A DNA stretch of 64,000 nucleotides from Candidatus Angelobacter sp. (GTDB lineage: Bacteria > Verrucomicrobiota > Verrucomicrobiia > Limisphaerales > DASXHY01): NCBI GenBank assembly GCA_035606845.1, contig DATNEA010000072.1, forward strand, positions 24,234 to 88,233. The letters are read 5' to 3'. The notes beneath the pieces are model-generated. The model was not told the origin of the DNA. It ran no database searches and worked only from the letters and a program-made list of their open reading frames with translations. Positions 1 to 10,559 of this stretch are shown here, piece by piece. Position numbers and translations under genes: made by a program. How positions within the stretch are numbered: the stretch's first letter is position 1; every line of letters begins with the position of its first letter.

Positions 1-1
1 T

Positions 2-382
2 TTCATGGAGGACTTGCTGGAGCGCGAGCCGGTGGCGGTGAAATTCAATTCGCGCGCGGAGAAAATGATCGTGCACATCCATTGCCATGCGAAGGCGCTG
101 GGCGGGGGACATTCGCTGCAACGGCTGGCGCAGCGGCTGCCGGAGCGGACGGTGGAATTTCTCGACACCGGTTGTTGCGGCATGGCCGGGAGCTTCGGGA
201 TGCTCGAATCGAAATATGATTTGTCGGTGAAAATCGCCGAGCCGCTGGTGCAAGCGGTGAAGCATCAGCCGTTCGGGACGACGTTGATCACGTCCGGGGC
301 GAGTTGCCGGAACCAGGTGGCGCATCTGGCCACGGTGAAATCGCGGCATTTGGCGGAGGTGCTGGCGGATGCGTTGTTGTAG
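2..382 (+). CDS. C-terminal part of FAD-binding/(Fe-S)-binding oxidoreductase (CCG domain); 5' end outside window
   Basis: HIHCHAKA, GCCGMAGSFG and SGASCRNQ motifs of CCG domains. Confidence 0.85.
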   Translation, partial: FMEDLLEREPVAVKFNSRAEKMIVHIHCHAKALGGGHSLQRLAQRLPERTVEFLDTGCCGMAGSFGMLESKYDLSVKIAEPLVQAVKHQPFGTTLITSGASCRNQVAHLATVKSRHLAEVLADALL

Positions 383-391
383 TTGGTCGCT

Positions 392-416
392 TGTAGGAGC
401 CGACGTGAGGAGGCTC
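392..416 (+). repeat. REP-like family A copy (TGTAGGAGCCGACGTGAGGAGGCTC)
   Basis: Exact reverse complement of 6815-6839; related copies near 33135, 33778, 39163-39238, 56723, 58057. Confidence 0.85.
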
Positions 417-615
417 TCGAATTTTTCGCACGGAAATGATCCATCTGCCAACGAATGGGAGCTTGTTCGACGCTCGCCCTCACCCTTTCCCTAGCATCTG
501 CTGGTTTTTGCAATGACCGCTTGTCCTCTAAAGGCAAAGTCAGTCATTGGTCATATATGGTGTTGGCCTCGCGTATCGCGACATCTACAGTTTACGGAAG
601 GCTGAAAAGGGTGCG

Positions 616-1008
616 TCACTCGACTTTGGTGGCGATCCACCAAGTTGTGCCGCTGCTATCTTTGACCGCGCCACGCTTGTTTTCGTCCTGTCGCTTAGTT
701 GGCATTTGGACGGAAATAGCTCCCGCGTTGAGCGCTTTGCGGTAGGTAGCGTCCGCGTCCGCAACGTAGATATGGACGTGGGAGGGAAGCGCAGGCCACA
801 TCGGCGCGGCGTCAGCGATCATAATTACGGTGTCCTCAATGCGAACTTCAGAGTGGATTACTTTGCCGTCGCCGGTGGCAAAGCGGCGTAATTTGGTAGC
901 GTCGAAGACACGCGCCAAGAAATCCACTGTGGCATCCGCGCCGTTGACGACGAGGTAAGGTGAAACGGTGGAATAACCGTGCGGCTTATGTTGCGAGCTT
1001 GTTTTCAT
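616..1008 (-). CDS. VOC/glyoxalase family protein (PhnB-like)
   Basis: KPHGYSTVSPYLVV...HSEVRIEDTVIMIAD...VKDSSGTTWWIAT pattern. Confidence 0.85.
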   Translation of the reverse strand: MKTSSQHKPHGYSTVSPYLVVNGADATVDFLARVFDATKLRRFATGDGKVIHSEVRIEDTVIMIADAAPMWPALPSHVHIYVADADATYRKALNAGAISVQMPTKRQDENKRGAVKDSSGTTWWIATKVE

Positions 1009-1069
1009 GTTGTGCGCATCTTACAGGCTCTGGCGTGGGCTGTATTGTAGAAATTTGAATTGGTTTCGT

Positions 1070-1882
1070 TTACAATCGAGCGTGGTTCTGATGGTCAGTG
1101 CGGTGGGTTAGATACGAGCCCGGATTGAGGCCCGAAAAAGCCCGAAATTCGTGGTTTAGATGAGCCTGATCAAAATAGCCACATTGAATTGCAAGATCGG
1201 CCCAATCCACAATGCCAGCTTGCGGGATGTGGCTAAGTGTATTTTGGAAGCGATGCAGGCGGCAAAATAGTTTCGGCGTCAAACCGACTTCTTTGGTGAA
1301 AACCGTGATAAACCGCCTCGAACTCAACCCGACTTTCCCGACGACACGGGAAATGGGACCTACATTTTCTCTGGTTTGGAATTCGCGAAGGGCAAATGCG
1401 ACCGCCGGATGCCGCGCAGTTCCCTGATTCAATCGCCTCAGCAGCATATTTTCGAGCAGGTGGAACCGGGATTTTGCGTCCGGCTCGGCCACCAGCCTGT
1501 CTCGCAATTCCCAGGCCTGATCAGCCCATAAGGCGTCAAGGGAAACATGTGCGTTATGCAACAAATCCGTCGGCGAACCGAGGAATGGCCAAATGCCACC
1601 GGGTTTGAAATGCACACCCATAAGGGACTCCATATCGGTGGTATCAACAATGGAAAAATCCGAACGTGGACCGGCAATCAATGCACCCCGGAAACGCTCA
1701 AAGCGGTCGATACCTTGCGGCACGGAAACATTTAGCGAATTTTGGTGCAGATTGAAAATGATCTGAACGTTAGCCGAGGGGAGGACGCGCTCGCGCATGT
1801 GCGAAGGGCGGCCCCGGTGAAACCATAACGTCTCCACATAATCCGATAGGGGAGCACAAGGAGCGTGGGCAAGGAACACCAT
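1070..1882 (-). CDS. AraC family transcriptional regulator (DUF6597-like N-terminus)
   Basis: C-terminal double HTH (VGLTPKLFCRLHRF, WADLAIQCGYFDQAHLNHEFRAFSG); upstream of the VOC gene. Confidence 0.9.
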   Translation of the reverse strand: MVFLAHAPCAPLSDYVETLWFHRGRPSHMRERVLPSANVQIIFNLHQNSLNVSVPQGIDRFERFRGALIAGPRSDFSIVDTTDMESLMGVHFKPGGIWPFLGSPTDLLHNAHVSLDALWADQAWELRDRLVAEPDAKSRFHLLENMLLRRLNQGTARHPAVAFALREFQTRENVGPISRVVGKVGLSSRRFITVFTKEVGLTPKLFCRLHRFQNTLSHIPQAGIVDWADLAIQCGYFDQAHLNHEFRAFSGLNPGSYLTHRTDHQNHARL

Positions 1883-1985
1883 TACTCAAGCAAAGCAAAG
1901 GCGTTTATCAAATGCAAGCGGTGGTGGCAACGATAGCTGCTGCAAATCCATTTAGGCAAACTAAGGATCGGCCCGGCAATTTCAG

Positions 1986-2798
1986 CTACGAAGACAATTT
2001 AGGAAAAAACTGATGCGCCGTTTCGCAGGTGGCGGCGCTGAGTTCTTCGAGGGAGCAGTTTTTGGTTTGGGCGACGACTTCGGAAAGTTCCTTTACGTAG
2101 GCGGGTTCGCAACGTTTGCCGCGATAGGGGACGGGCGCGAGGTACGGGCAATCGGTTTCCAGCATGAATTGGCCGAGCGGCGTGGCGGCGATGGTCTGGC
2201 GGACGTTTTCTCCGTTCTTGAAGGTGGCAATGCCGGTGAAACTGACGATTGAGTTCATCGCGACGATGCGTTTCATCGTGGCGGCGTCGTTCGCAAAGCA
2301 ATGGAACACGCCGCGGACGCGATCGGCGAAGGGTTGCAGTTGCGCCAGCGTGTCTTCCAGGGCGTCGCGCTGGTGGATGACGCAATTCAACTTCAGTTCG
2401 GCGGCGGCTTCGAGATGCTGGCGGAACAGGGAGGCTTGTTTGGTTTTGTAGTGTTCGTCATCAGCGGCGGTGAATTCCGGTTTTTGGCTCGGCAAGCGGT
2501 GGTAATCCAGGCCGGTCTCGCCGAGGGCGACGACTTTCGGATGGCGGCCCAGTTCGCGCAGTTCGGCGCGGATATCGTCCGGCGTGCGGAGCGCTTCCGA
2601 CGGATGCCAGCCGATGACGGCGTAAATGCACGGGAATTTTTCGGCCAGTTGAATCGCGCGCCGGCTGCTCTCCAGGTCGGTGCCGATGGAATTTATTTTT
2701 ATGATTCCCGCCGCCTGCGCGCGTTCGATGACCTGGTTGAAATCCGGCGCGAACTCGGGATAGTCGAGGTGCGCGTGGGTGTCGTAAAAAACCGGCAT
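1986..2798 (-). CDS. tatD: TatD family hydrolase
   Basis: DTHAH, GWHP, GETGLDY, IHQRDA, HCF, LETDCPYLAP motifs. Confidence 0.95.
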   Translation of the reverse strand: MPVFYDTHAHLDYPEFAPDFNQVIERAQAAGIIKINSIGTDLESSRRAIQLAEKFPCIYAVIGWHPSEALRTPDDIRAELRELGRHPKVVALGETGLDYHRLPSQKPEFTAADDEHYKTKQASLFRQHLEAAAELKLNCVIHQRDALEDTLAQLQPFADRVRGVFHCFANDAATMKRIVAMNSIVSFTGIATFKNGENVRQTIAATPLGQFMLETDCPYLAPVPYRGKRCEPAYVKELSEVVAQTKNCSLEELSAATCETAHQFFPKLSS

Positions 2799-2807
2799 GT
2801 TTTTAAA

Positions 2808-4433
2808 TCAAGGATTTGCCTCGGCGGCGGCGGGCTTGGCGGATTGGCTCAGCTCGGTGGCTCGTTGTTCGATGGCGGGCCGGCCCGGATAATCCGGCAC
2901 TTCATCAGCCAGGGCTTTGAGATCGGCGGATGCGTTGTTGGTTTTTCCGGCGGCGATGAATTTGTCCGCGAGTTTAAGCCGGATGCGCACGCGTTGCAGC
3001 GGGCTAGGGGAAAGGTCCAGCGATCTTTGATAGGTTTCGATGGCCGAAGCCGGCATGCCTTCCGCGGCATAAATATCGCCGAGCTTTTCCGTCAGGACGG
3101 CGCTGCGGCCGGTTGCGGGGAGGTTTTGCAGGACGGCCGCCATTTGAGCGAGGCTTTTGCCGTGCAACAGATCCACATTGATGGCGCGCGCATAGGTCCA
3201 TTCCAGGCCCTTGTTTTTCGTGCCTTGCTGTTCGTTCAATCGTTGTTGGAGCGTCATGGCGAATGGCCGATACAGCGGATCGCCCACGACGGTCGTTTGC
3301 CACGAAAGAGTCGACTGGCAGGCATAGGCGGCTTCGCCAAAGGTGAAATGAGACAAGATCCAGCGCGCGCAAAAGATGGAGACATCCGGCGTGCCGCTGA
3401 TGTAAGGCTCGTTCACGGAGCCCATGCTGCAAGTGGCGCCTTTGGCGAGCAAAGGCCCGACCCAGCGCTGTGTCGCGCTGCGAATCGTTGCCGCGTTGAA
3501 GGAATGAAGGTGATAGGCGAACGCGCCCGGCATGAACTCAACGTTTTTCTGGGCGAATGGCCCCGACACGTTTTCATCATACCAGCCGCAATAAATCGCA
3601 ATCTGACTCATGGGAAAATCGGCTGGAAACGTGCGTGGGTTTTCGTCGATGACCGTATCATAGCCGCCAAAAATCTGGCAGATTTTCGCCGCGCCCATGA
3701 TCCAAGCGTCGCCCATGGCCAGCGCTGAATTGGTGGGGACGTCGCGCAAATCGAAGTACGCGCGGCCGCCGAGCCCGTTGGTTTCGGCTTCCATGGCCTT
3801 GTCGACGAGCGCGCGCGCGATGGAAGCGCTCGGTCCGTCGAGTCGCGCGACCATGAGGATGCCGTTGGTGGGATTGAAGTCGGCGGAGTTCGTGTGCGTG
3901 TAGACGTTGTTCTCGAAAAGGCCCGTCCGCTGATAGCCTCGCCCGGCCAGCGGCAGCAACGCGAGTTCGTTGTCCACGGCCGCGTCATTGCGCCGCAATT
4001 CCGGCCGGAGACTGTCCGGAACCTCCTCTTTCAAACTGGGGTCTGCTTCAATTCGCAGCGGCACGCCGTAGCAAAGAACGGCGTAGCGGATTTTGGAGCT
4101 GGTCACTTTGCGCACGGTTTTTGCCGGCTGATGGTTGGTGGCGGGAATGCTTTCCGAGCCGATGCGCCACAGTTTTTTGCTTTCCAATTCCTTGGCTAAA
4201 GGCTTTTCCAGCGAATCGTGATATTCCGCCCGCGAAATGTCTTCATTGGTGGTGAGGGCGAAACCGAAAATCTGGTTTTTCGGCACGCGCCTGCAGGCGG
4301 CGTAATGTTCCGCCACGTCCTTCGAACCCGGCATGCGGCTGTTGTAGATGATGACGACTTCGTCGCCCGTCTCGGCGGCACTGAGAATGCCGGTGAAGCC
4401 GAAGAGCCCAATGATTGCCAAAAATTTCCACAT
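2808..4433 (-). CDS. TIGR03790-like exported protein with C-terminal TPR
   Basis: Signal peptide; VARLDGP, YCGWY, GAFAYHLHSFNA, GSVNEPY, VGDPLYRPF motifs; start at ATG 4433 chosen. Confidence 0.8.
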   Translation of the reverse strand: MWKFLAIIGLFGFTGILSAAETGDEVVIIYNSRMPGSKDVAEHYAACRRVPKNQIFGFALTTNEDISRAEYHDSLEKPLAKELESKKLWRIGSESIPATNHQPAKTVRKVTSSKIRYAVLCYGVPLRIEADPSLKEEVPDSLRPELRRNDAAVDNELALLPLAGRGYQRTGLFENNVYTHTNSADFNPTNGILMVARLDGPSASIARALVDKAMEAETNGLGGRAYFDLRDVPTNSALAMGDAWIMGAAKICQIFGGYDTVIDENPRTFPADFPMSQIAIYCGWYDENVSGPFAQKNVEFMPGAFAYHLHSFNAATIRSATQRWVGPLLAKGATCSMGSVNEPYISGTPDVSIFCARWILSHFTFGEAAYACQSTLSWQTTVVGDPLYRPFAMTLQQRLNEQQGTKNKGLEWTYARAINVDLLHGKSLAQMAAVLQNLPATGRSAVLTEKLGDIYAAEGMPASAIETYQRSLDLSPSPLQRVRIRLKLADKFIAAGKTNNASADLKALADEVPDYPGRPAIEQRATELSQSAKPAAAEANP

Positions 4434-4469
4434 TGAATGAGACAAGAAATTACCCCGAAGCGGCCTTCC

Positions 4470-5267
4470 TCACAAGTGTTGGCCTGCGCAATCCACTTTG
4501 AGGCCGTCGTAGGCGAACATCACGCCGGGCGGCAATTCTGCCTGGGAGAGGTCGTGATCGTAGTCGTGGGTCAAATGCGTGAAATAAGTGCGTTGCGCCC
4601 CAATGCGGCGCGCGGTGGTGAGCGCTTCGTCCAGGCTCATGTGCGTCGGATGCGGCGCTTTCCGCAGCGCGTCCAGCACGGCGACTTCCACGCCGCGGAC
4701 TTTTTCCACGACCTCCATCGGCACTTCTTTGCAATCGCTCAGGTAAGCCAGGCGTTTCTTTCCATTTTGGACAAAGAGATAGCCGTTGGTGTTCATGGAG
4801 CCGTGCGGCAGTGGCAGCGGAATGATTTCCAAATCGCCGAGCGTGAACGGGCCTTCGACGATGTGCGGTTCGGGAATGAAATACCCTTTCGGCCACGGCC
4901 CGCTGTGGAATGCGTAAGGGTAAATGCGCTTGAGTGCTTCCATGGTGCGTTCGTTCGCGTAAATGGGCAGGGCGGTGCCGCCGCGCAAATCGCAAAAACG
5001 CCGGCAATCGTCCAGGCCCATCACGTGGTCCGCGTGCGAGTGCGTGAAAACGACCGCATCGAGCCAGTTGAGTTTCTCGCGCAGGCATTGCAGGCGAAAT
5101 TCCGGCGTGGTGTCGATGACGAGCTTGAGTTTTTCAGTGGCAATGTAAATGGAGGGACGGGTGCGCCAATTTTTGGGGTTGGCGAGAAATTCGGGCGGAT
5201 AATCCTTGCCAATAATAGGGACGCCCTGCGAAGTGCCGGTGCCGAGAAAAATAAATTCAAATGCCAT
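4470..5267 (-). CDS. MBL-fold metallohydrolase (PhnP-like)
   Basis: [30 protein letters not shown] motifs. Confidence 0.9.
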   Translation of the reverse strand: MAFEFIFLGTGTSQGVPIIGKDYPPEFLANPKNWRTRPSIYIATEKLKLVIDTTPEFRLQCLREKLNWLDAVVFTHSHADHVMGLDDCRRFCDLRGGTALPIYANERTMEALKRIYPYAFHSGPWPKGYFIPEPHIVEGPFTLGDLEIIPLPLPHGSMNTNGYLFVQNGKKRLAYLSDCKEVPMEVVEKVRGVEVAVLDALRKAPHPTHMSLDEALTTARRIGAQRTYFTHLTHDYDHDLSQAELPPGVMFAYDGLKVDCAGQHL

Positions 5268-5291
5268 GCGTCCAGCCAAGTTAACGGAAAC

Positions 5292-5365
5292 GACACGAAT
5301 TTCACGAATTTTTACGAATTGACAGGAACAGTGAGTAATTCGTGCGAATTAGTGAAATTCGTGTC
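5292..5365. repeat. Inverted 9-bp tandem repeat (CACGAATTT)x3 ... (AATTCGTG)x3
   Basis: Directly visible between the divergent MBL gene and recN. Confidence 0.85.
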
Positions 5366-5417
5366 CACTTTCCTTTTTGCATCCGCGGCCTTCTGTGTTT
5401 ATCTGTGCGCGTTTAGA

Positions 5418-7283
5418 ATGCTGACGACGCTGCGCATCAAAAATCTCGCCCTGGTTGCTGACCTGACGCTGGAACTCCAGCCCGGTTGCAATGTCATTAC
5501 CGGCGAAACCGGCGCGGGCAAATCGATTCTCATCGGGGCGCTGAATTTGGTGTTGGGCGAGCGCGCGGATCGGACGCTCATTCGCAGCGGCAGTGAGAGT
5601 TGTTCGGTCGAGGCGGTGTTTGATGTTTCGGCCTTATGCGGGAAAAACAGTCTCCCTCGCCCCGTGACGAAGGAGCGGGGAGAGGGTCGGCTGATAAAAG
5701 CCTCCTCACCCCAACCCTCTCCTCCTTTTAGGGGAGGAGAGGGAGAAAAATCGCCCTCGGCCATTTTTCGCGGTTCGATTGGAGAATCTCCGCTGGAAAT
5801 ATTCCTGGAAGAAAACGGCCTGGAGCCGTGCGAGGAAAATCAGTTGGTGCTCAAGCGCGTGTTCACCAGCGCGGGTGCGAACCGGCAATTCGTCAATGGC
5901 TCGCCCACCACGCTGGCGGCGCTGGCGTCCATCGGCGAGTGGCTGGTGGACATTCATGGGCCGCATGAGCATCAGTCGCTGCTGAACGCGTCGAAGCAAC
6001 TGGCGATTTTGGACGCTTTTGGCGGATTGCAACCGGAACGCGAGGCGTTTGCGGAATTGGTTCGGCGGCGGACTGCGTTGGAGGCGGAGAAAGCCGCGCT
6101 CATTGTGGATGAAAAAACCTATGCGCAGCAGTTGGATTTGCTTCGGTTTCAAACGAACGAAATCGCTTCGGCGCGCCTGCAGCCCGGCGAGGACGAGCGC
6201 ATCGAGCAGGAGCATCAACGCGCCAGCAACGCGGCGAAATTGCTGCAATTGAGCCAGGCGGCGCTGGATTTGATTTCGGAAAACGAAAGCGCGCTTCTGA
6301 CGCAGGCGGGCATCGTGGGGCGCACGTTGCAGGAATTGCAGCGCATCGATCCCAGCGCGGCGGAGATTGTTTCGCAACACGAGCAGGCGGTGAGCGCGCT
6401 GCGCGATTTGCAGGCCAGCCTTTCGCATTACGTGGACAAAGTGGATGTGAATCCGGAACGGCATCAGGAATTGGAGGAGCGATTGAATCTTCTGCATTCC
6501 CTCAAGCGCAAATATGGCGCGACGCTCGCGGAGGTGATTGCGTTTGGCGACGAGGCGAAGCAGAAATTGCAAAACCTGGAGCAGCGCGATGAAGAATTGG
6601 CGCGATTGAACGCGGCGCTGGCGAAATTGGGTGCGGAAATTTTGCGCGCCGGAAAGGAGTTGTCGACCAAACGGAAAAAAATTGTTCCGCAACTTGGCAA
6701 AGCGGTCAGCAAACAGTTGGCGGACCTGGGATTCAAGCAGAGCAAGTTTGAGGTGGCGATCACGACCGATTCTGTAGGAGACGAGATGACGAGTCTCAAA
6801 CCGCACAAAAGTCAGAGCCTCCTCACGTCGGCTCCTACACTAAAAGCGAGCGGGTTCGATGCCGTTGAATTCCAATTTGCGCCCAACCCGGGCGAACCGG
6901 CCAAGCCGTTGCGCGCGATTGCTTCGTCCGGCGAACTGGCGCGGGTGATGCTGGCGTTGAAAACGGTGCTCGCGGCGGAGGATGAAATCCCCGTGCTCGT
7001 GTTTGACGAAGTGGATGCGAACGTGGGCGGCGAAACGGCGAATGCGGTCGGCGAAAAAATGCGCCAGATTGCCGACAAGCGACAGGTCCTGTGCATCACG
7101 CATCTTCCGCAGGTCGCCGCGGCGGGCACGGCGCATTATGTCGTAAGCAAACAGGTGAAGGACGGCCGGACCATTTCGGACATTTCCTTGTTGAACAAGA
7201 AGGAGCGGGTGACGGAATTGACGCGCATGCTGGGCGGCCAAACGGACGCCGCGCGGAAACATGCGGAGGCGTTGTTGAAGTGA
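5418..7283 (+). CDS. recN: DNA repair protein RecN, with two in-frame repeat-derived insertions
   Basis: MLTTLRIKNLAL, TGETGAGKS Walker A, DIHGPHEHQ, ASSGELAR signature, FDEVDAN, CITHLPQVAA. Confidence 0.95.
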   Translation: MLTTLRIKNLALVADLTLELQPGCNVITGETGAGKSILIGALNLVLGERADRTLIRSGSESCSVEAVFDVSALCGKNSLPRPVTKERGEGRLIKASSPQPSPPFRGGEGEKSPSAIFRGSIGESPLEIFLEENGLEPCEENQLVLKRVFTSAGANRQFVNGSPTTLAALASIGEWLVDIHGPHEHQSLLNASKQLAILDAFGGLQPEREAFAELVRRRTALEAEKAALIVDEKTYAQQLDLLRFQTNEIASARLQPGEDERIEQEHQRASNAAKLLQLSQAALDLISENESALLTQAGIVGRTLQELQRIDPSAAEIVSQHEQAVSALRDLQASLSHYVDKVDVNPERHQELEERLNLLHSLKRKYGATLAEVIAFGDEAKQKLQNLEQRDEELARLNAALAKLGAEILRAGKELSTKRKKIVPQLGKAVSKQLADLGFKQSKFEVAITTDSVGDEMTSLKPHKSQSLLTSAPTLKASGFDAVEFQFAPNPGEPAKPLRAIASSGELARVMLALKTVLAAEDEIPVLVFDEVDANVGGETANAVGEKMRQIADKRQVLCITHLPQVAAAGTAHYVVSKQVKDGRTISDISLLNKKERVTELTRMLGGQTDAARKHAEALLK

Positions 7284-7458
7284 ACGACGGGTTTGCCGGA
7301 TGCCGCGTCGTGGCGCCGGATTTCCCAACGGCGCGCGGGGAGCGCCGCCGCGATTCATTAGCCGTTTGCTTGAGTTTTCCCCCGTTCAGTTTACAATTCT
7401 AAAGTCTTTGACGCCTTGCGACGGTTCTCGTAGCGTTTGACACCATTTTTAAGGATCC

Positions 7459-10400
7459 ATGTTTGATTTTATCGTCAAAAAATTCATCGGCTCGAAAAAC
7501 GAGCGCGAAGTGAAGAAAATCCGCCCATTCATCGGCAAGATCAATGAAATCGAAAAGGGCCTGCAGAGTCTTCCCGATGAGGCGCTGCGCCAGAAAACCG
7601 CCGCGTGGAAGGAGGAGCTTTCCAAGATCGAGGACACGGACCAGCTCGCGGCGCGGTTGACGGAAATTTTGCCCGAGGCATTTGCGGTCGTGAAAAATAC
7701 CGCGCGCCGGTTGTGCGGCCAGGATGTCATCGTGCGCGGCCATCCGTTGAAATGGGAAATGGTCCATTTCGACGTGCAGTTGATCGGCGGCATTGGCTTG
7801 CACATGGGCAAAATCGCGGAAATGGCGACCGGCGAAGGCAAAACACTTGTGGGCACCTTGCCGGTGTATCTGAACGCGCTGACGGGGCGGGGCGTGCACG
7901 TGGTGACGGTGAACGATTACCTGGCCGCGCGCGACAGCGAATGGATGGGCGCGGTCTACAAATTTTTGGGGCTCTCGGTCGGTTGCATTCTGCACGACCA
8001 GCCGCCAATGGTGCGCCGCGCGCAATACGCCTGCGACATCACCTACGGCACCAACGCCGAATTCGGCTTCGATTATTTGCGCGACAACGGCATGGCCACG
8101 CGCAAGGAAGACCAGGTCCAGCGCGGCCATTACTTCGCGATCGTGGACGAAGTGGACTCGATTCTCATCGATGAAGCGCGCACGCCGTTGATCATCAGCG
8201 GGCCGGCCGTGGTCACTTACGACGAGCAATACGCCAATTTCAAACCGCAGGTGGAAGGGTTGTTTCATGCCCAGGAGCGCTTGAGCAACCGGTTTCTCAG
8301 CGAGGCCGAACAGTTGATCAAGAAACTGCATCCGGAAGACGGCTCGAACGTGAAGGATGGCGAAGCTTTGGAAAGGGAAATCGGCCTGCTGCTGTTCCGC
8401 GCCAAAACCGGCACGCCGAAGTCCGAGGCGTTGATGAAGATGCTGGAGGACCCGGAAAATCTCCGGCTCATGAACCAGGCGGAACTTTTTCTTCACAGCG
8501 ACCAGAAAAAAACCGAGCTTTACGCCGAGAAGGAACAACTGCTGTTCGCGATCGACGAAAAGAGCAACGAAGCGGATTTGACGGAGAAGGGCCGCAGTTT
8601 CATGAGCCCCAAGGATCCGGACGCGTTCATGCTGCCGGATTTGACGACGGCGTTGCACGAAATCGATACCCAGCCGGACCTCGACGGGCGTCAACGCATG
8701 GAGGCCAAGACCAAACTGCAGGGTGAGTTTGAAGCCAAGGCCCAGCGCATCCACGCCATTTCGCAATTGGTCAAGGCCTACTCGCTTTACCAAAAGGACG
8801 TCCAATATGTCGTTCAAGAAAACAAAGTCATCATCGTGGACGAAAACACGGGCCGTTTGATGACCGGGCGCCGGTGGAGCGATGGTTTGCATCAGGCGGT
8901 CGAAGCGAAGGAAGGCGTGGCCATCGAACGCGAGACCCAAACGCTCGCGACGATTACGATTCAAAATTATTTCCGGCTGTATCACAAGCTGGCCGGCATG
9001 ACCGGCACGGCCGAAACGGAGGCGTCGGAGTTCTTTGATATTTACAAATTGGGCGTGCTGGTGATCCCGACCAACCGGCCGGTCGCGCGCAAGGACGCGA
9101 ACGATTCCGTTTACAAAACCAAACGCGAGAAATACAACGCGGTCGTCAAGGAAATCAAGGAAGTCCACGGCAAAGGCCGGCCCATTCTCGTGGGCACGAT
9201 CTCGGTCGAGGTCAGCGAATTGCTTTCGCGGATGTTGAAGCGGGAAGGGATCATCCATTCCGTGCTGAACGCGAAATATCATGAGCAGGAAGCGGAAATC
9301 GTGGCCCGCGCGGGACAGCGCGGCGCGGTGACCATCGCCACGAACATGGCGGGCCGCGGCACGGACATCAAGCTGGGCGAGGGGGTCGCGGATCTGGGCG
9401 GTTTGCACGTGCTCGCCACGGAGCGGCATGAATCGCGGCGCATTGACCGGCAGTTGCGCGGCCGTTGCTCGCGCCAGGGCGATCCCGGTTCCTCGCACTT
9501 TTTCATTTCGCTCGAAGACGATTTGATGCGCCTCTTCGGCGCGGATCGCATCGTGAAAATGATGGAGCGGATGGGCCTGGAGGAGGACCAGGAACTGCAG
9601 CATCCGTTGCTGAATCATTCGGTCCAGAGCGCGCAAAAGAAAGTCGAGCAGCACAATTTCGAAATCCGCAAGCGCACGCTCGAATACGACGACGTGATGA
9701 ACAAGCAGCGCGAGGTCATTTACGGCTTCCGCAACGAGATTATCCGTGCCGCCGACGTGCGCGATCGCCTGATGGACATCATGGAGGAAGTGGTCATCAC
9801 CAAGGTGGAGGAAACGACCAAGGCTGGCGATTACAACCCGGAGCAATGGACGGTGCGCGCGCTGGCCGACTGGGTGAACCTGAATTTTCCGCTGGGCATC
9901 CCCGAAGGCGAAATTGTCAAGGCCGCGGAATCCGGCACGGAAGAGCCGGTGTCCGGCTCGTTGTACGACGGCTTGAGCGCGTCGCAGTTCGCGGTGTGCA
10001 ATTTCATTTCGGACGCCGTTCGCAAGGCTTACGATCTTAAGATCAGTTTTGAAAATCCGGATGCGTTGAAGGAAGTGGAGCGTTACACGATCCTCAGCGC
10101 CATTGACCGGCTTTGGCAGGAGCATTTGTACGAGATGGACAGCCTGCGCTACAGCATCGGCCTGCGCGGTTATGGCCAGCTCGATCCGCTCGTGGAATAC
10201 AAGGCGGAAGGTTACAAGATTTTCGACGAATTGATGGTCAACATCAAAACGGAGATTTGCCACAACATCTTCCGCAGCGCCTCGAGCCTGATGGCCTTCG
10301 AAAATTTCCTGCGCAGCATGCCCAAGCAGACGTCGCATCAATCCACGAGCGCGTTTGGCGGCAGCACGACGAACGAGGACACGAAGGGGAAGGGGAGCGA

Positions 10401-10533
10401 CATGGTCAGCGAAGCCGCGGACGAGCTTTCGAAAGAAAAGCCGAAGCCGAAGCGAAGCGGCCCCAAAGTCGGACGCAACGACCCGTGCCCCTGCGGCAGC
10501 GGCAAGAAATACAAGGTTTGTTGCGGGAGATAG
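7459..10533 (+). CDS. secA: Preprotein translocase subunit SecA
   Basis: MATGEGKT, DEVDSILIDEARTPLIISG, ATNMAGRGTDI, C-terminal SEC-C motif GRNDPCPCGSGKKYK. Confidence 0.98.
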   Translation: MFDFIVKKFIGSKNEREVKKIRPFIGKINEIEKGLQSLPDEALRQKTAAWKEELSKIEDTDQLAARLTEILPEAFAVVKNTARRLCGQDVIVRGHPLKWEMVHFDVQLIGGIGLHMGKIAEMATGEGKTLVGTLPVYLNALTGRGVHVVTVNDYLAARDSEWMGAVYKFLGLSVGCILHDQPPMVRRAQYACDITYGTNAEFGFDYLRDNGMATRKEDQVQRGHYFAIVDEVDSILIDEARTPLIISGPAVVTYDEQYANFKPQVEGLFHAQERLSNRFLSEAEQLIKKLHPEDGSNVKDGEALEREIGLLLFRAKTGTPKSEALMKMLEDPENLRLMNQAELFLHSDQKKTELYAEKEQLLFAIDEKSNEADLTEKGRSFMSPKDPDAFMLPDLTTALHEIDTQPDLDGRQRMEAKTKLQGEFEAKAQRIHAISQLVKAYSLYQKDVQYVVQENKVIIVDENTGRLMTGRRWSDGLHQAVEAKEGVAIERETQTLATITIQNYFRLYHKLAGMTGTAETEASEFFDIYKLGVLVIPTNRPVARKDANDSVYKTKREKYNAVVKEIKEVHGKGRPILVGTISVEVSELLSRMLKREGIIHSVLNAKYHEQEAEIVARAGQRGAVTIATNMAGRGTDIKLGEGVADLGGLHVLATERHESRRIDRQLRGRCSRQGDPGSSHFFISLEDDLMRLFGADRIVKMMERMGLEEDQELQHPLLNHSVQSAQKKVEQHNFEIRKRTLEYDDVMNKQREVIYGFRNEIIRAADVRDRLMDIMEEVVITKVEETTKAGDYNPEQWTVRALADWVNLNFPLGIPEGEIVKAAESGTEEPVSGSLYDGLSASQFAVCNFISDAVRKAYDLKISFENPDALKEVERYTILSAIDRLWQEHLYEMDSLRYSIGLRGYGQLDPLVEYKAEGYKIFDELMVNIKTEICHNIFRSASSLMAFENFLRSMPKQTSHQSTSAFGGSTTNEDTKGKGSDMVSEAADELSKEKPKPKRSGPKVGRNDPCPCGSGKKYKVCCGR

Positions 10534-10559
10534 CCGGAGACGCCGCGCCGCGGCGTCTC

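Noticed and set aside
4437..5417. N-terminal 327 aa of the 948-aa ORF as part of RecN
   Set aside because: It is the antisense shadow of the MBL gene; RecN homology starts at ATG 5418.
7399..10341. 980-aa minus-strand ORF, and similar long antisense ORFs opposite atpD, fliD and recN
   Set aside because: Antisense shadows of strongly codon-biased GC-rich genes, with no family motifs.
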